Source: Deltaproteobacteria bacterium
GTDB lineage: Bacteria; UBA10199; SPLOWO2-01-44-7
Assembly: GCA_023265595.1 (NCBI GenBank)
Contig: JAHFSU010000003.1
Location: forward strand, 6,178 to 70,177
DNA length: 64,000 nt
Direction: 5' to 3'
Positions 47,311 through 56,078 of this stretch are shown piece after piece. The notes under the pieces were generated by a model, which ran no database searches, had not been told where the DNA came from, and worked only from the letters and a program-made list of their open reading frames with translations. Both the position numbers and the translations under genes were made by a program. How positions within the stretch are numbered: the first letter of the stretch is position 1; each line of letters opens with the position of its first letter.

Positions 47311-48077
47311 AAATTGTTTATCCGGGCGGCAACGATGCGCCTTACTTTTTCACGAATCGTTCCTGCCACCACATGGACATAATCGGGGTGCTCTTCCATA
47401 TCGATTTCGGCCGGCAAGATAATCAGATCGATATCGGAAGGGACGATTGCCATCTCCATATATCGCAGCAAAACTTTTTTCCAGTTGGTAACTAATTGTT
47501 CGTAGCAGTCGTGAATTTCTTTAAGATAGCCCGATGCAATGGAGGCGGCATAACTATCTCCGTCGGCGGCCCTTTTTTCACGCCGCTTCTCGAGCAAGTC
47601 AGGTTCGGAGCGAAGATAGACCATCAGATCGGGCATCCGAATATGTTCATTTTGCAAAATCTGTTTTAAAAGTGTTCGGTAAAGCTTGGCGTGTGCTGAA
47701 GGCATCTCGCCGGACTGGATCATCCGCTGTACGAAAACTTCCGGCCCATCGATGAAAGGGCGATCTTCAATCACAATCACACCGCGGCCATTTTCGCGCG
47801 TCATCAAATGTCTGATTTCCCGTTGTTGTAGAGTGCGCATGTGCAAGAAGGAGATTTCGGTCGGGAAAATATTGGCCACGCGATCGTGATAAAAAAGTTT
47901 GAGACATTCATCGGCCAGCGAACCCTTTTCAACCCTTTCCGAAAAGGCGTGGAGATCGGCATTATCCAAAATCATCGAGAGAGAACTTTTGTAGGGGTCT
48001 TGAGAGAGGGCGTTCATGAGGGTTGTCTTGCCCGAAAACAGATTTCCCATAATGCCGATGTGAAAATTGCGTGTCAT
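47307..48077 (-). CDS. Deoxynucleoside-kinase-family P-loop kinase (paralog 2).
   Basis: Walker A GNLFSGKTT, and DRPF and RSEPDLLEKRREKR lid-like motifs. The ORF extends to 48314 but overlaps the divergent gene and its promoter motif, so the internal Met at 48077 is preferred; start uncertain. Confidence 0.45.
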   Translation of the reverse strand: MTRNFHIGIMGNLFSGKTTLMNALSQDPYKSSLSMILDNADLHAFSERVEKGSLADECLKLFYHDRVANIFPTEISFLHMRTLQQREIRHLMTRENGRGVIVIEDRPFIDGPEVFVQRMIQSGEMPSAHAKLYRTLLKQILQNEHIRMPDLMVYLRSEPDLLEKRREKRAADGDSYAASIASGYLKEIHDCYEQLVTNWKKVLLRYMEMAIVPSDIDLIILPAEIDMEEHPDYVHVVAGTIREKVRRIVAARINNL

Positions 48078-48148
48078 AAGGAGGGCGTTTCGCTTCTCTA
48101 TCAAACAGCTGGACAATTTGTCCACTCTGTTTTCACCTTGATTGGAAG

Positions 48149-48174
48149 CAACTTTTTTGAAAGATTGCCGATAA
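48149..48174 (+). promoter_or_regulatory. Copy d of the CAAC-N14-GCCGATAA motif (aaGCAACTTTTTTGAAAgattGCCGATAAcag).
   Basis: Read directly. 24 nt upstream of the ATG at 48199, with an AAGGGA ribosome-binding site in between. Confidence 0.5.
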
Positions 48175-48198
48175 CAGTTAAGAAGGGATGATAAAACT

Positions 48199-49662
48199 AT
48201 GCCACCCGTCGATGGGAATATTGCTTTGGGAATACAAGCAGTTGGGGTGTCTAATTTCACCCTCAGCACCAATCCAACAGCCACTTCCTTATTAACAGAT
48301 GCAATAAATTCCACTGCAGGGTTTCAAAATGTAACTTCTTCATTTGAAACTGTCCCCGATATTCATCAAGCCCAACCCCCTCCTGCTACAAGTTCGGGAT
48401 TGCGATTTTCTGCCACCCATCCCCTAACACAGAATGGGGATTTTTTGGATGAAGAGACTCCATCTCATTTTAACTCTCTGGTTCGCCGAATGGTTTTTGG
48501 GGCGCTCAGTTTTGCTTCGGAACTGGAAAATCTTGTTCTGTTTCTTATCGATCGTTCTCCTCTCACCGCTATCGGATTTTTTGGGCCTCGTTCCGAGAGG
48601 GGGATACCTTGCTCACGCAGAGGAGTTTTTTCTTATCTCGCACAACTCAATCTGTCGAAATACGATTTCAGCGGGAAAATGGTGTTGGATGTGGGAAGTG
48701 GCAGAAGCCGTTTTGCGCAGATCATTGATGTCACTTACAGAGATTCGGGTACGCGTGCCATTCCGGTGGATCTGCTTGTTCAGCCCAAATCGGCTATCGG
48801 AATGAAGGCAGATGCCGTTTCCCTGCCGTTTGGAAGGGGTATGTTTGGTTTAGTAACTAACAACTGGGTTCTTCAACATTTCCTTTTTACCGCAACCGGC
48901 GATTCTATGTTGGAAGAGATGCTCCGCGTCTGCAAGTCGGGAGGGGAAATCCGAGTTTCTTTTCAGAGAGATGAACCATTGGACAAACTGATAGCTTATC
49001 TAGAAAGTCATCCTGCCGTGGAAAGGGTTGTCCAACATTCCAGAGGCATGCTGACCAAATCTATTGAAATTCACCTTCGCAAAGAACCTCCTTCAAAAGA
49101 AAGGCTCGCGGCTTTTTATGAAGATTTGGAAAGAAATGGAATGATTTATGTCCCATGGAGATTAGATGTTTTGGCCCATCGCTCTTCAAGAGCAAGGGTG
49201 ATTGAATTAAGAAGGGGTGGGTTATCGGATCGGTTGGATTATATTGCCGATGTCAGGAGGTTTCTCAATCACGATCCCAGTGATCCTTTTGTTATCGATC
49301 CGGAATATCCAACCGTTTTGGCATCATGGTTTGCTGACTCCCGCGATCATTTTGAATTGAGGAAAAGTATTGTCAGTTTATTTATGGAGTGGGCAGCGTT
49401 GTATCCCCATTTTCAAGAGGCTTGGGATTTGCTGTCCGATTTGGAAAAAAATAGTCTGATGGAATATTGGCTGTTAACGCCTGTTTATAGAGAGTTGCTG
49501 AGGAGATCCCCTGAAAATTATTTTGAGATTTCCGGTGTCTATTCGCCAACCGTTACAGCACTTAGGGACAAGTTAAGTCAAGAGATCAAAACAGCAGCGG
49601 CAATTAGAGAGATAGAATTAGAAGCAAAAGAGCGTTTTGCCGATCCTATGTTTATACGCTAA
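48199..49662 (+). CDS. Hypothetical 487-aa protein with a class I SAM-dependent methyltransferase-like core.
   Basis: Motif I-like VLDVGSGRSRFA and a post-I acidic residue. The remainder is unrecognised. Confidence 0.45.
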   Translation: MPPVDGNIALGIQAVGVSNFTLSTNPTATSLLTDAINSTAGFQNVTSSFETVPDIHQAQPPPATSSGLRFSATHPLTQNGDFLDEETPSHFNSLVRRMVFGALSFASELENLVLFLIDRSPLTAIGFFGPRSERGIPCSRRGVFSYLAQLNLSKYDFSGKMVLDVGSGRSRFAQIIDVTYRDSGTRAIPVDLLVQPKSAIGMKADAVSLPFGRGMFGLVTNNWVLQHFLFTATGDSMLEEMLRVCKSGGEIRVSFQRDEPLDKLIAYLESHPAVERVVQHSRGMLTKSIEIHLRKEPPSKERLAAFYEDLERNGMIYVPWRLDVLAHRSSRARVIELRRGGLSDRLDYIADVRRFLNHDPSDPFVIDPEYPTVLASWFADSRDHFELRKSIVSLFMEWAALYPHFQEAWDLLSDLEKNSLMEYWLLTPVYRELLRRSPENYFEISGVYSPTVTALRDKLSQEIKTAAAIREIELEAKERFADPMFIR

Positions 49663-50822
49663 ACTCTCTCTTCCAAATCAAACAGCTTTTTGTGTTCCTG
49701 CAGGGCGAAGCGGTCGGTCATGCCGGCGATGTAGTCGCAGATATGTCGCTTGGTTTCTTTGCTTCCCCTGACCCGCGTGTAGAATTCTTCCGGCAAAATT
49801 CTTGGATTGGCGATATAGGCCTGAAAAAGATCGGTAATCGTCCGCTTTGCTTTTTCTGCCATGCGAACCACCCGCCAGTGGAGGTACATATTTTCATACA
49901 GAAATTTTTTGAGTTCCGCCGTCTTTTTTTGCATGGCAGGGTTTAAAGAGACGATTTTTTTCCCGTGAGTCCGCACATCTTCGAGCGTCTTTATTTTTTC
50001 CTCCGAGATATTTTTTAGGGTTTCGGTTTGCAAATCATCGACCAACTTGTGGATCAGACGGCTGATGGTGCGAAAGCGCTTCACTTTGTCGGGGGCGTTG
50101 GGAATCGATTTTTGGATGTCGGCAAAGGTTTCGTTCCAAAGTCGGACCTCTTTCAATGACTCAAAAGTGAGCATCCCATATTGAAGGCCGTCATCCAGAT
50201 CGTGATTCATGTAGGCGATCTCGTCGGCAAAGTTGACCGCTTGAGCCTCCAGTGTCGGAAAGCCCACCCTTTGAAAATCGGCATCTTCCAGAGGTTTGTC
50301 ATATTCCGTCTGGTGTTTCAAAATCCCTTCGAGGACTTCAAAAGATAAATTTAGGCCCGGAAAGTTGGGATAGCGCTCTTCGAGTTGCGTCACCACACGA
50401 TAACTCTGTTTGTTGTGCTCAAACCCGCCGACATCTTCCATGAGCGTGTGCATCGCCGCCTCTCCCGCATGGCCAAAGGGTGTGTGGCCCAAGTCATGTG
50501 CGAGGGCAATCGTTTGCGCCAAGTCTTCATTGAGCCTCAGCATTCGTGAAATGCCGCGCGAAATTTGGCTCACCTCCAGAGAATGTGTGAGGCGTGTCCG
50601 GTAATAATCGCCCTCGTGATTGATGAAGACTTGCGTTTTATATTCAAGCCGCCGAAAGGCGGTGGAATGGACGATGCGGTCGAGATCGCGCTGAAAACAG
50701 GGACGAAAGATACATTCTTCTTCTTTGTGTTTTCTGCCGAGGCTCGCCGAAGAGAGTTGGGCGTAGGGGGCCAAGAGTTCTTTCTCTTTTTCTTCATACG
50801 CCTCGCGGTGGAGCATGGGCAA
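49659..50822 (-). CDS. dgt: dGTP triphosphohydrolase-like HD-domain protein.
   Basis: HD-domain motifs (HSLEV, DLGHxPFGH) and typical Dgt N-terminus. Confidence 0.8.
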   Translation of the reverse strand: MPMLHREAYEEKEKELLAPYAQLSSASLGRKHKEEECIFRPCFQRDLDRIVHSTAFRRLEYKTQVFINHEGDYYRTRLTHSLEVSQISRGISRMLRLNEDLAQTIALAHDLGHTPFGHAGEAAMHTLMEDVGGFEHNKQSYRVVTQLEERYPNFPGLNLSFEVLEGILKHQTEYDKPLEDADFQRVGFPTLEAQAVNFADEIAYMNHDLDDGLQYGMLTFESLKEVRLWNETFADIQKSIPNAPDKVKRFRTISRLIHKLVDDLQTETLKNISEEKIKTLEDVRTHGKKIVSLNPAMQKKTAELKKFLYENMYLHWRVVRMAEKAKRTITDLFQAYIANPRILPEEFYTRVRGSKETKRHICDYIAGMTDRFALQEHKKLFDLEERV

Positions 50823-50852
50823 GGGCTACTACACCTTCTTATTAAGATCAAG

Positions 50853-50990
50853 CCCATGGGAATATAGGTAGTGGGTCAGTTTGTTGATGTCATCCCCGCG
50901 AAAGCGGGGATCCATGGATTCCTGCTGGAGTTTACCCCCGCGTGTTGTAAGCGGGGGCAGGAATGACAAACTGACCCACTATTGAAATAT
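50853..50990. repeat. Nested perfect-palindrome element: 16-bp outer arms (TAGTGGGTCAGTTTGT / ACAAACTGACCCACTA) enclosing CCCCGC-GAAA-GCGGGG, ATCCATGGAT, and TCCTGC[...CCCCCGC-N9-GCGGGGG]GCAGGA. Candidate MITE/REP-like or structured RNA element.
   Basis: Read directly. GC-rich stems in the dgt / 51064 divergent intergenic region. Confidence 0.45.
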
Positions 50991-51063
50991 AAAAGTTGAA
51001 AAAAATATGGTTGCTAGGGGGACTTTCCTTTTGATATGTCAGCCGAAGACCAAGGAGGTATTT

Positions 51064-51651
51064 ATGTTTGCGGCAACGCCTATTTTATTCATCGGGACAG
51101 TGGGAAACCAACTCTTGGCATCTCCGGACGGGCTTGAGGTCCTTTTATCTCAACCCGATTTTGATCCCATCAGTTCCATGAGAGAGGTCGATACCGTTGT
51201 TGCCCAAGTTTATCGGAAACTGGGAAAGGAAGGAGATAAGATCAAAGAGGCATTAAAGATAGTTTCACATTTTTCGCTAATTCCTGATGCCTCTGCATCC
51301 GACGCACGCACGGCCTTAGAGAGTTTAGCGTGTTCTTTAAGGAAGATAGATAAAACTAATTTTGAAAAAGCCGCCTCCATGGCCATGCAAACATGCCACA
51401 TGGCTTTTTTGTGGGCTTCTCTCGGCGTTGTCAGGCAAGAGGTGGCAGCCGTTCTTCGTGCTGGCGGAGGAGATCCCGCGGACGACTCTTCCTTGGAAGG
51501 AATCGTGCGGCGCGCAAAAGCCCATCTAGAAAGAGAAGTCATCGAGCGTATTTTGTCAGAAACCGGCGGGAATGTTACGCATGCTGCCCGAAGGCTGGGC
51601 CTTAGCCGACGTGGGTTCCAGGCAAAAATGAAAGAATTTGGATTGCGTTAA
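51064..51651 (+). CDS. Small protein with a C-terminal Fis/NtrC-type helix-turn-helix (HTH_8) but no AAA+ domain.
   Basis: C-terminal ...ERILSETGGNVTHAARRLGLSRRGFQAKMKEFGL matches NtrC-family DNA-binding helices. AGGAGG ribosome-binding site before the ATG at 51064. Confidence 0.55.
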   Translation: MFAATPILFIGTVGNQLLASPDGLEVLLSQPDFDPISSMREVDTVVAQVYRKLGKEGDKIKEALKIVSHFSLIPDASASDARTALESLACSLRKIDKTNFEKAASMAMQTCHMAFLWASLGVVRQEVAAVLRAGGGDPADDSSLEGIVRRAKAHLEREVIERILSETGGNVTHAARRLGLSRRGFQAKMKEFGLR

Positions 51652-52214
51652 TCCACCGGTCTCACTTTCATTGTCGCCTGTTTTATTTCGGCGAGTTCTT
51701 TTGTAAACCGTTTCATGACCTCTTCCCCCAGTTTTTTCGGTTCCATCTTATAATCTTGCAACCCCTTTGTCAGAACCGGCGTGTTTTTTCTGGAGATGTT
51801 GATGCCGGTGTGTATCAGACACGAAATGGGAGAAGAGGTGGCAATCGAGACCGAAAGTTTGCAATCGCCATCATAGAGATCATCGCCGTCGCGAATGATT
51901 TTGAAGCATTGCGGAAATTGCAGCAAGGTTTCGTGGAGGATGGCAATCAACATCCTTTGGCGCAAAACCATTTTTTCGAGATCCTTATCAAAAATTTCAC
52001 AGATAAAATGGAGCATCGACTCGCTAAAGATCGGCGCATTGCGGGCGACATCTTCCAGATCGACCATATGTTCGATCGGCACGTCGGCAGGGCCGATAAA
52101 CCCAACGATGGCATCCCCTTTAAGAGCGCTAACTTCTTGAATCCACTCGGATTTTAATTGAGTCCCGTCATAGGTTGTGGTGGCTGAAAGCCAACCCATT
52201 TTCAAAACCGACAT
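51648..52214 (-). CDS. Conserved hypothetical protein.
   Basis: 188-aa ORF. The start is uncertain because it overlaps the divergent ORF. Confidence 0.35.
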   Translation of the reverse strand: MSVLKMGWLSATTTYDGTQLKSEWIQEVSALKGDAIVGFIGPADVPIEHMVDLEDVARNAPIFSESMLHFICEIFDKDLEKMVLRQRMLIAILHETLLQFPQCFKIIRDGDDLYDGDCKLSVSIATSSPISCLIHTGINISRKNTPVLTKGLQDYKMEPKKLGEEVMKRFTKELAEIKQATMKVRPVD

Positions 52215-52231
52215 ATGTTAACAGGTACCAT

Positions 52232-53185
52232 ATGCAAGTTTTGAGGCAACTTTTTTCTGGTTTTGACGAACACAATTCTGAAAGGCATAAACAACGCATG
52301 ACACCCCTTGTTAGTTTGACCTCATTGGATATCTATTCGGGCGCCCTTTTGGTGGGGCCTTCGGGTCTTATGGAGGCCTGCCGCAATTTAGGTCCGATCG
52401 GATACGACGACCACCGGATGCTGGTTCGCCTTCTTCCGGCCCTTTCGGAGGCCCTTTCCGATGAAGGAATCCCCACCTCTGCATGGTCAATTCCCGTCAG
52501 GGAATATGTCCGCACAAAAGAACTTGGAAAAGAATCCCAAGCAAAACTTCGGCAAATTGCCTCCGGTTTAAGGGGTATCTCGCTCGAAGCGGAATCGAGC
52601 TATCAAAGGGCCGTGGATCGGGCGACGGCTTTTTTAATGAAGAAAAAAGAAGCTCTTTTTTTTCCTGTGGAAAAAATGGAAGCACTGCAAAATATCGTTT
52701 ATGCCAATCCCGTTGGCCATGCCTTAGCCGCATGGGTGGACCGTTTTTTTGGAGATTATCGCGATGCGGCCGAAGATTTTGGACAGATGGCCGATGGTTA
52801 CCGGATTCGCGGGGATGTGGTGCGGGCGAGACGATTTTACTTTTTAGAAGCGGAAAATTATTTCCGCAGCGCCATGAAATTTTCCGATCGTTCCCAAAAA
52901 GGGGAGCTCGTCGTTGCCGCGCTACATTTTAAAAAATCAGCCTTGGCCTATTTGGCCGCCGATAACGAATTGCGGGCGAAAGAGGCGGGTCAAAGAAAAA
53001 GAGAGATGGAAGAAAAGGCGCTGGAGGCGTCGGAAGAGGGCCCTTCATCTCCCCGGTTTCTGGATCGGCTCTTCAGAGGCCTGTCGGCTTTTTTCGAATA
53101 TGCAGAACCGGTGGTGGGGCGTGACGCCGGCAGAACGGTGGGGGACGGAAAAAGTGGGCGTCATCTGCGACTCGTCAAAAAATAG
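52232..53185 (+). CDS. Hypothetical protein.
   Basis: ORF of about 318 aa from the ATG at 52232. No recognised motifs. Confidence 0.35.
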   Translation: MQVLRQLFSGFDEHNSERHKQRMTPLVSLTSLDIYSGALLVGPSGLMEACRNLGPIGYDDHRMLVRLLPALSEALSDEGIPTSAWSIPVREYVRTKELGKESQAKLRQIASGLRGISLEAESSYQRAVDRATAFLMKKKEALFFPVEKMEALQNIVYANPVGHALAAWVDRFFGDYRDAAEDFGQMADGYRIRGDVVRARRFYFLEAENYFRSAMKFSDRSQKGELVVAALHFKKSALAYLAADNELRAKEAGQRKREMEEKALEASEEGPSSPRFLDRLFRGLSAFFEYAEPVVGRDAGRTVGDGKSGRHLRLVKK

Positions 53186-53873
53186 AAAACCGATACCGTA
53201 TTTTTTCCGACAATTCGTTTTCTTGAAAAGCCGCGAGGGTGCGGGCGCATGATTCGCAGGTGCCGCACATCTTTTTACCCCCCAAATAACAGCTCCAGAA
53301 ATTATCGAACGAGAGATCGCGTTCGATAATTTTTTGCACCATCTCTTTTTTGTTCATCTCCTGAACATAGCTTTTGACCTTGGGTGGAAAAAGGAGAGTC
53401 GATAACTCCAATGCGCGATTGGTGCGATGGACAAAATCCGAAGAATTGTCAGGAAAGGTAGAGGCCTCTTCCCTGTTAAAGCCGGTAATAATCCATGAGG
53501 CCCCGAGACTTTCGGCAAAGGCCGCGGCGATATTGATAAAAATGCCGTTGCGATTGGGGACCCAAACCGCTTCAGCCGATTTTTCGGTTGCCTTTTTCTC
53601 TTTCAATTTTTCGGGGTCATGAAATTTGGGGAGGAGTCTGGTGGATGAAGTGAGAGCCGATTCTCCTAGATTTTTCAGCCAAGGCAGTTCGACAACTTGA
53701 TGCCGCATATGCCATTGTTGCGCCATTTTACGGGCGGCCTGAATTTCTTTTAGGGCCGCTTTTTGGCCGTAATCAAAGGTGAGACTCAAAATAATTTCGT
53801 GGTGATCGCGCGCAAGGAGACACGAAAGAGTCGAATCTAAACCGCCGGATAATAAAACGACCGCCCTATCCAT
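53175..53873 (-). CDS. queC: 7-cyano-7-deazaguanine synthase.
   Basis: SGGxDST PP-loop and a C-terminal CxxC...C zinc motif. Confidence 0.85.
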   Translation of the reverse strand: MDRAVVLLSGGLDSTLSCLLARDHHEIILSLTFDYGQKAALKEIQAARKMAQQWHMRHQVVELPWLKNLGESALTSSTRLLPKFHDPEKLKEKKATEKSAEAVWVPNRNGIFINIAAAFAESLGASWIITGFNREEASTFPDNSSDFVHRTNRALELSTLLFPPKVKSYVQEMNKKEMVQKIIERDLSFDNFWSCYLGGKKMCGTCESCARTLAAFQENELSEKIRYRFSIF

Positions 53874-53875
53874 AG

Positions 53876-54319
53876 TTATGGTCTAGGCGATGGACGCAAA
53901 GTTTTCAAGCGCTTTTCGAGCTGACTCAAACGGCTGTTGAGCTTTGCCACCTCTTTTTTTGTCGGGAAATTGAGAAGATTTAAAAATTCATTTCCTTTGT
54001 GGGTCGCTAAATTGATCGCTTTAGAGGCCACATCGCTCTTTTGAATTTTTTTGACAAAACCCTCCAGATTCCGTTTTGCCTCGCGAAGGAGTTTGTTTTT
54101 GTTGGGCAAAAGATCGGCATGGGTCAAGGTGTGCACAATGCCATCGGCGTAATATTTTACTTCTTTTGAAATCTGGGTTCGTTTTTTGATCGCCAGACGG
54201 ACAATCTCTTTGCTGTCCAACTGGTTCCATTTTTTATAGGCAAACGCGGCTTGTTTTTCTAAGGATTGCAGCGCGTGATTTAGAAAACCGCCGTTACCTC
54301 TTTTTGTCTTCTTCTTCAT
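53876..54319 (-). CDS. Coiled-coil hypothetical protein (phasin-like?).
   Basis: 147 aa, helical and basic. Weak resemblance to PHA granule-associated proteins. Confidence 0.3.
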   Translation of the reverse strand: MKKKTKRGNGGFLNHALQSLEKQAAFAYKKWNQLDSKEIVRLAIKKRTQISKEVKYYADGIVHTLTHADLLPNKNKLLREAKRNLEGFVKKIQKSDVASKAINLATHKGNEFLNLLNFPTKKEVAKLNSRLSQLEKRLKTLRPSPRP

Positions 54320-54368
54320 AATAATTGCCTCCTTTTGAGGAACATCCTAACCTTAATAACGCATCGTG

Positions 54369-56078
54369 TCAACACTTTAAATCCTTAATTTTTAACTGAA
54401 TTACGCGCATCTCCTGATAGGTATTCCATTGGGGGATAAAGACCAAATCTCCCCTCTCTTTTGCCAAAGGGTGCCTATTTCCCATATTAAAGGCGATCGC
54501 TTCAAGCTGATTTTGATCATCTGCCACTTTTAATTTGAGATGTTTTTCGGCTACGACTTTGGCCTCTTTCAAAGAGAGCGCGCGCCCCAAAAAAACCGGC
54601 TCCGGATTTTTGATGCCGAAGGGTTGCAATGTCTGCAGTTCTGTTAAAAATCGCTCACTAATTTCCGCCAATTTTAATTCATAATCGACTTTGATGCTGG
54701 GGGTATAAAGTTCTTGAGATGCTTTCTGGCTTAAAAGTGTTTCAAAGCGTTCTTCAAATTCCGGAATTTTTTCTGTACGCAGGGTTAGGCCGGCCGCGGC
54801 GGTGTGCCCTCCAAACTGTTCCAACAGATCTTTGCACCCCTCCAAAATTTCGACAATGTGAATGCCGGAAATACTCCGTCCGGAACCGCGTGCCCATTCT
54901 CCTTCGATGCTCAGCGCAATAGACGGGCGATAAAAATTCTCCGTCAATTTGGAGGCGACGAGCCCCACAATTCCCGGATGCCAATCTTTTGAGGCAACCA
55001 CAAAACTAAATCGGGTCTCCTTTTGCGACGCCATCTCAAGCGCTTGACGAAGATGTCTCTCTTGCATTCCTTGTCGGTCTTGGTTGCATTGCTCGAGAAT
55101 GGTTGCCAGTTTTCGGGCTCGTTCCAGATCGTCGCAACACAAAAGATCCAATCCCAGTTGCGCCTGCGAGATGCGCCCTCCGGCATTAATTCTGGGGGCC
55201 AGCTTAAAACCGATATCGGAAGGGACCAAGGTTTTTCCCTCTTTTAATTTGGCCGCTTCTTTCAAAGCGATGATTCCCGGTTTTTTGCTTTGCGCCAATT
55301 CCTTGAGACCAAACGAAACCAGAATGCGATTGATGCCGGTCAAGGGTGCCATGTCGCCGATGGTCCCCATGGCGACGAGGTCGAGATGTTGTTTCAAATT
55401 GGGTTCGAGAGTTTTGAAAAGATTTTGTTCCCGAAGTTTTTGGCGCAGCGCCAACAGCAAAAAGAAAGCGACGCCGACGCCGGCCAACTCTTGTCCCAAA
55501 CTTCCTTTGGAAAGGAGTTGCGGGTTGACAAAGGCAAAGGCCGGCGATGCTTGAGCATCCAGCTCATGATGATCGGTCACAATCACATCCAGCCCAATCT
55601 CTCCGGCCCGTTTTATGGCGTCATGCGATTTGGTGCCGCAATCAGCGGTGATCACCAAAGAGGTCCCTCTTTTTTTCAAATTTTCGAGAGCCGCCGCTTG
55701 CAAACCATAACCTTCCTTGATGCGGTCCGGAATGTAGACAAGAGGGGTAATCCCCATCTCTTTGAAAAAAAGATTCAAAAGGGCGGCTGAGGTCAAACCA
55801 TCCACATCATAATCACCATAAATGGCGATTGTTTCATTTCGTTTGATGGCCTCGACAATTCGTTCAACCCCCTTTTCCATGTTGGGAAGAAAAAAAGGGT
55901 TCGGGAGATTTTTTAGAGAAGGGCTCAAAAAAAATTGGGCTGTTTCAACGGAATCGATCCCGCGATTAATCAAAATTTGCGCAATCACGGGAGAAATATT
56001 TAAACTTTCGGACAATTTTTTTTGCAAATCGGGTTGTTTGGGATACAGCCACCACGATTTTTGATGGGGTTCACTCAT
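54369..56078 (-). CDS. recJ: Single-stranded-DNA-specific exonuclease RecJ.
   Basis: DHH motifs (IAIYGDYDVDG, DHH) and a DHHA1 domain. Confidence 0.85.
   Translation of the reverse strand: MSEPHQKSWWLYPKQPDLQKKLSESLNISPVIAQILINRGIDSVETAQFFLSPSLKNLPNPFFLPNMEKGVERIVEAIKRNETIAIYGDYDVDGLTSAALLNLFFKEMGITPLVYIPDRIKEGYGLQAAALENLKKRGTSLVITADCGTKSHDAIKRAGEIGLDVIVTDHHELDAQASPAFAFVNPQLLSKGSLGQELAGVGVAFFLLLALRQKLREQNLFKTLEPNLKQHLDLVAMGTIGDMAPLTGINRILVSFGLKELAQSKKPGIIALKEAAKLKEGKTLVPSDIGFKLAPRINAGGRISQAQLGLDLLCCDDLERARKLATILEQCNQDRQGMQERHLRQALEMASQKETRFSFVVASKDWHPGIVGLVASKLTENFYRPSIALSIEGEWARGSGRSISGIHIVEILEGCKDLLEQFGGHTAAAGLTLRTEKIPEFEERFETLLSQKASQELYTPSIKVDYELKLAEISERFLTELQTLQPFGIKNPEPVFLGRALSLKEAKVVAEKHLKLKVADDQNQLEAIAFNMGNRHPLAKERGDLVFIPQWNTYQEMRVIQLKIKDLKC

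Noticed and set aside
50853-50990. Purine/2'-dG riboswitch hypothesis for the palindromic element upstream of dgt.
   Set aside because: The three-way-junction topology fits, but the conserved junction and loop nucleotides of the purine riboswitch are not recognisable. The perfectly Watson-Crick 16-bp arms look more like a DNA repeat. It is kept only as a generic structured-element finding.
52212-52234. Interpreting CATATG-GTTAAC-GGTACC-CATATG as an engineered cloning polylinker or vector contamination.
   Set aside because: The identical 23-mer in queA encodes conserved QueA residues in frame, so it is native there. Vector origin cannot be asserted from sequence alone, so it is kept as a finding, with possible assembly artefact flagged.
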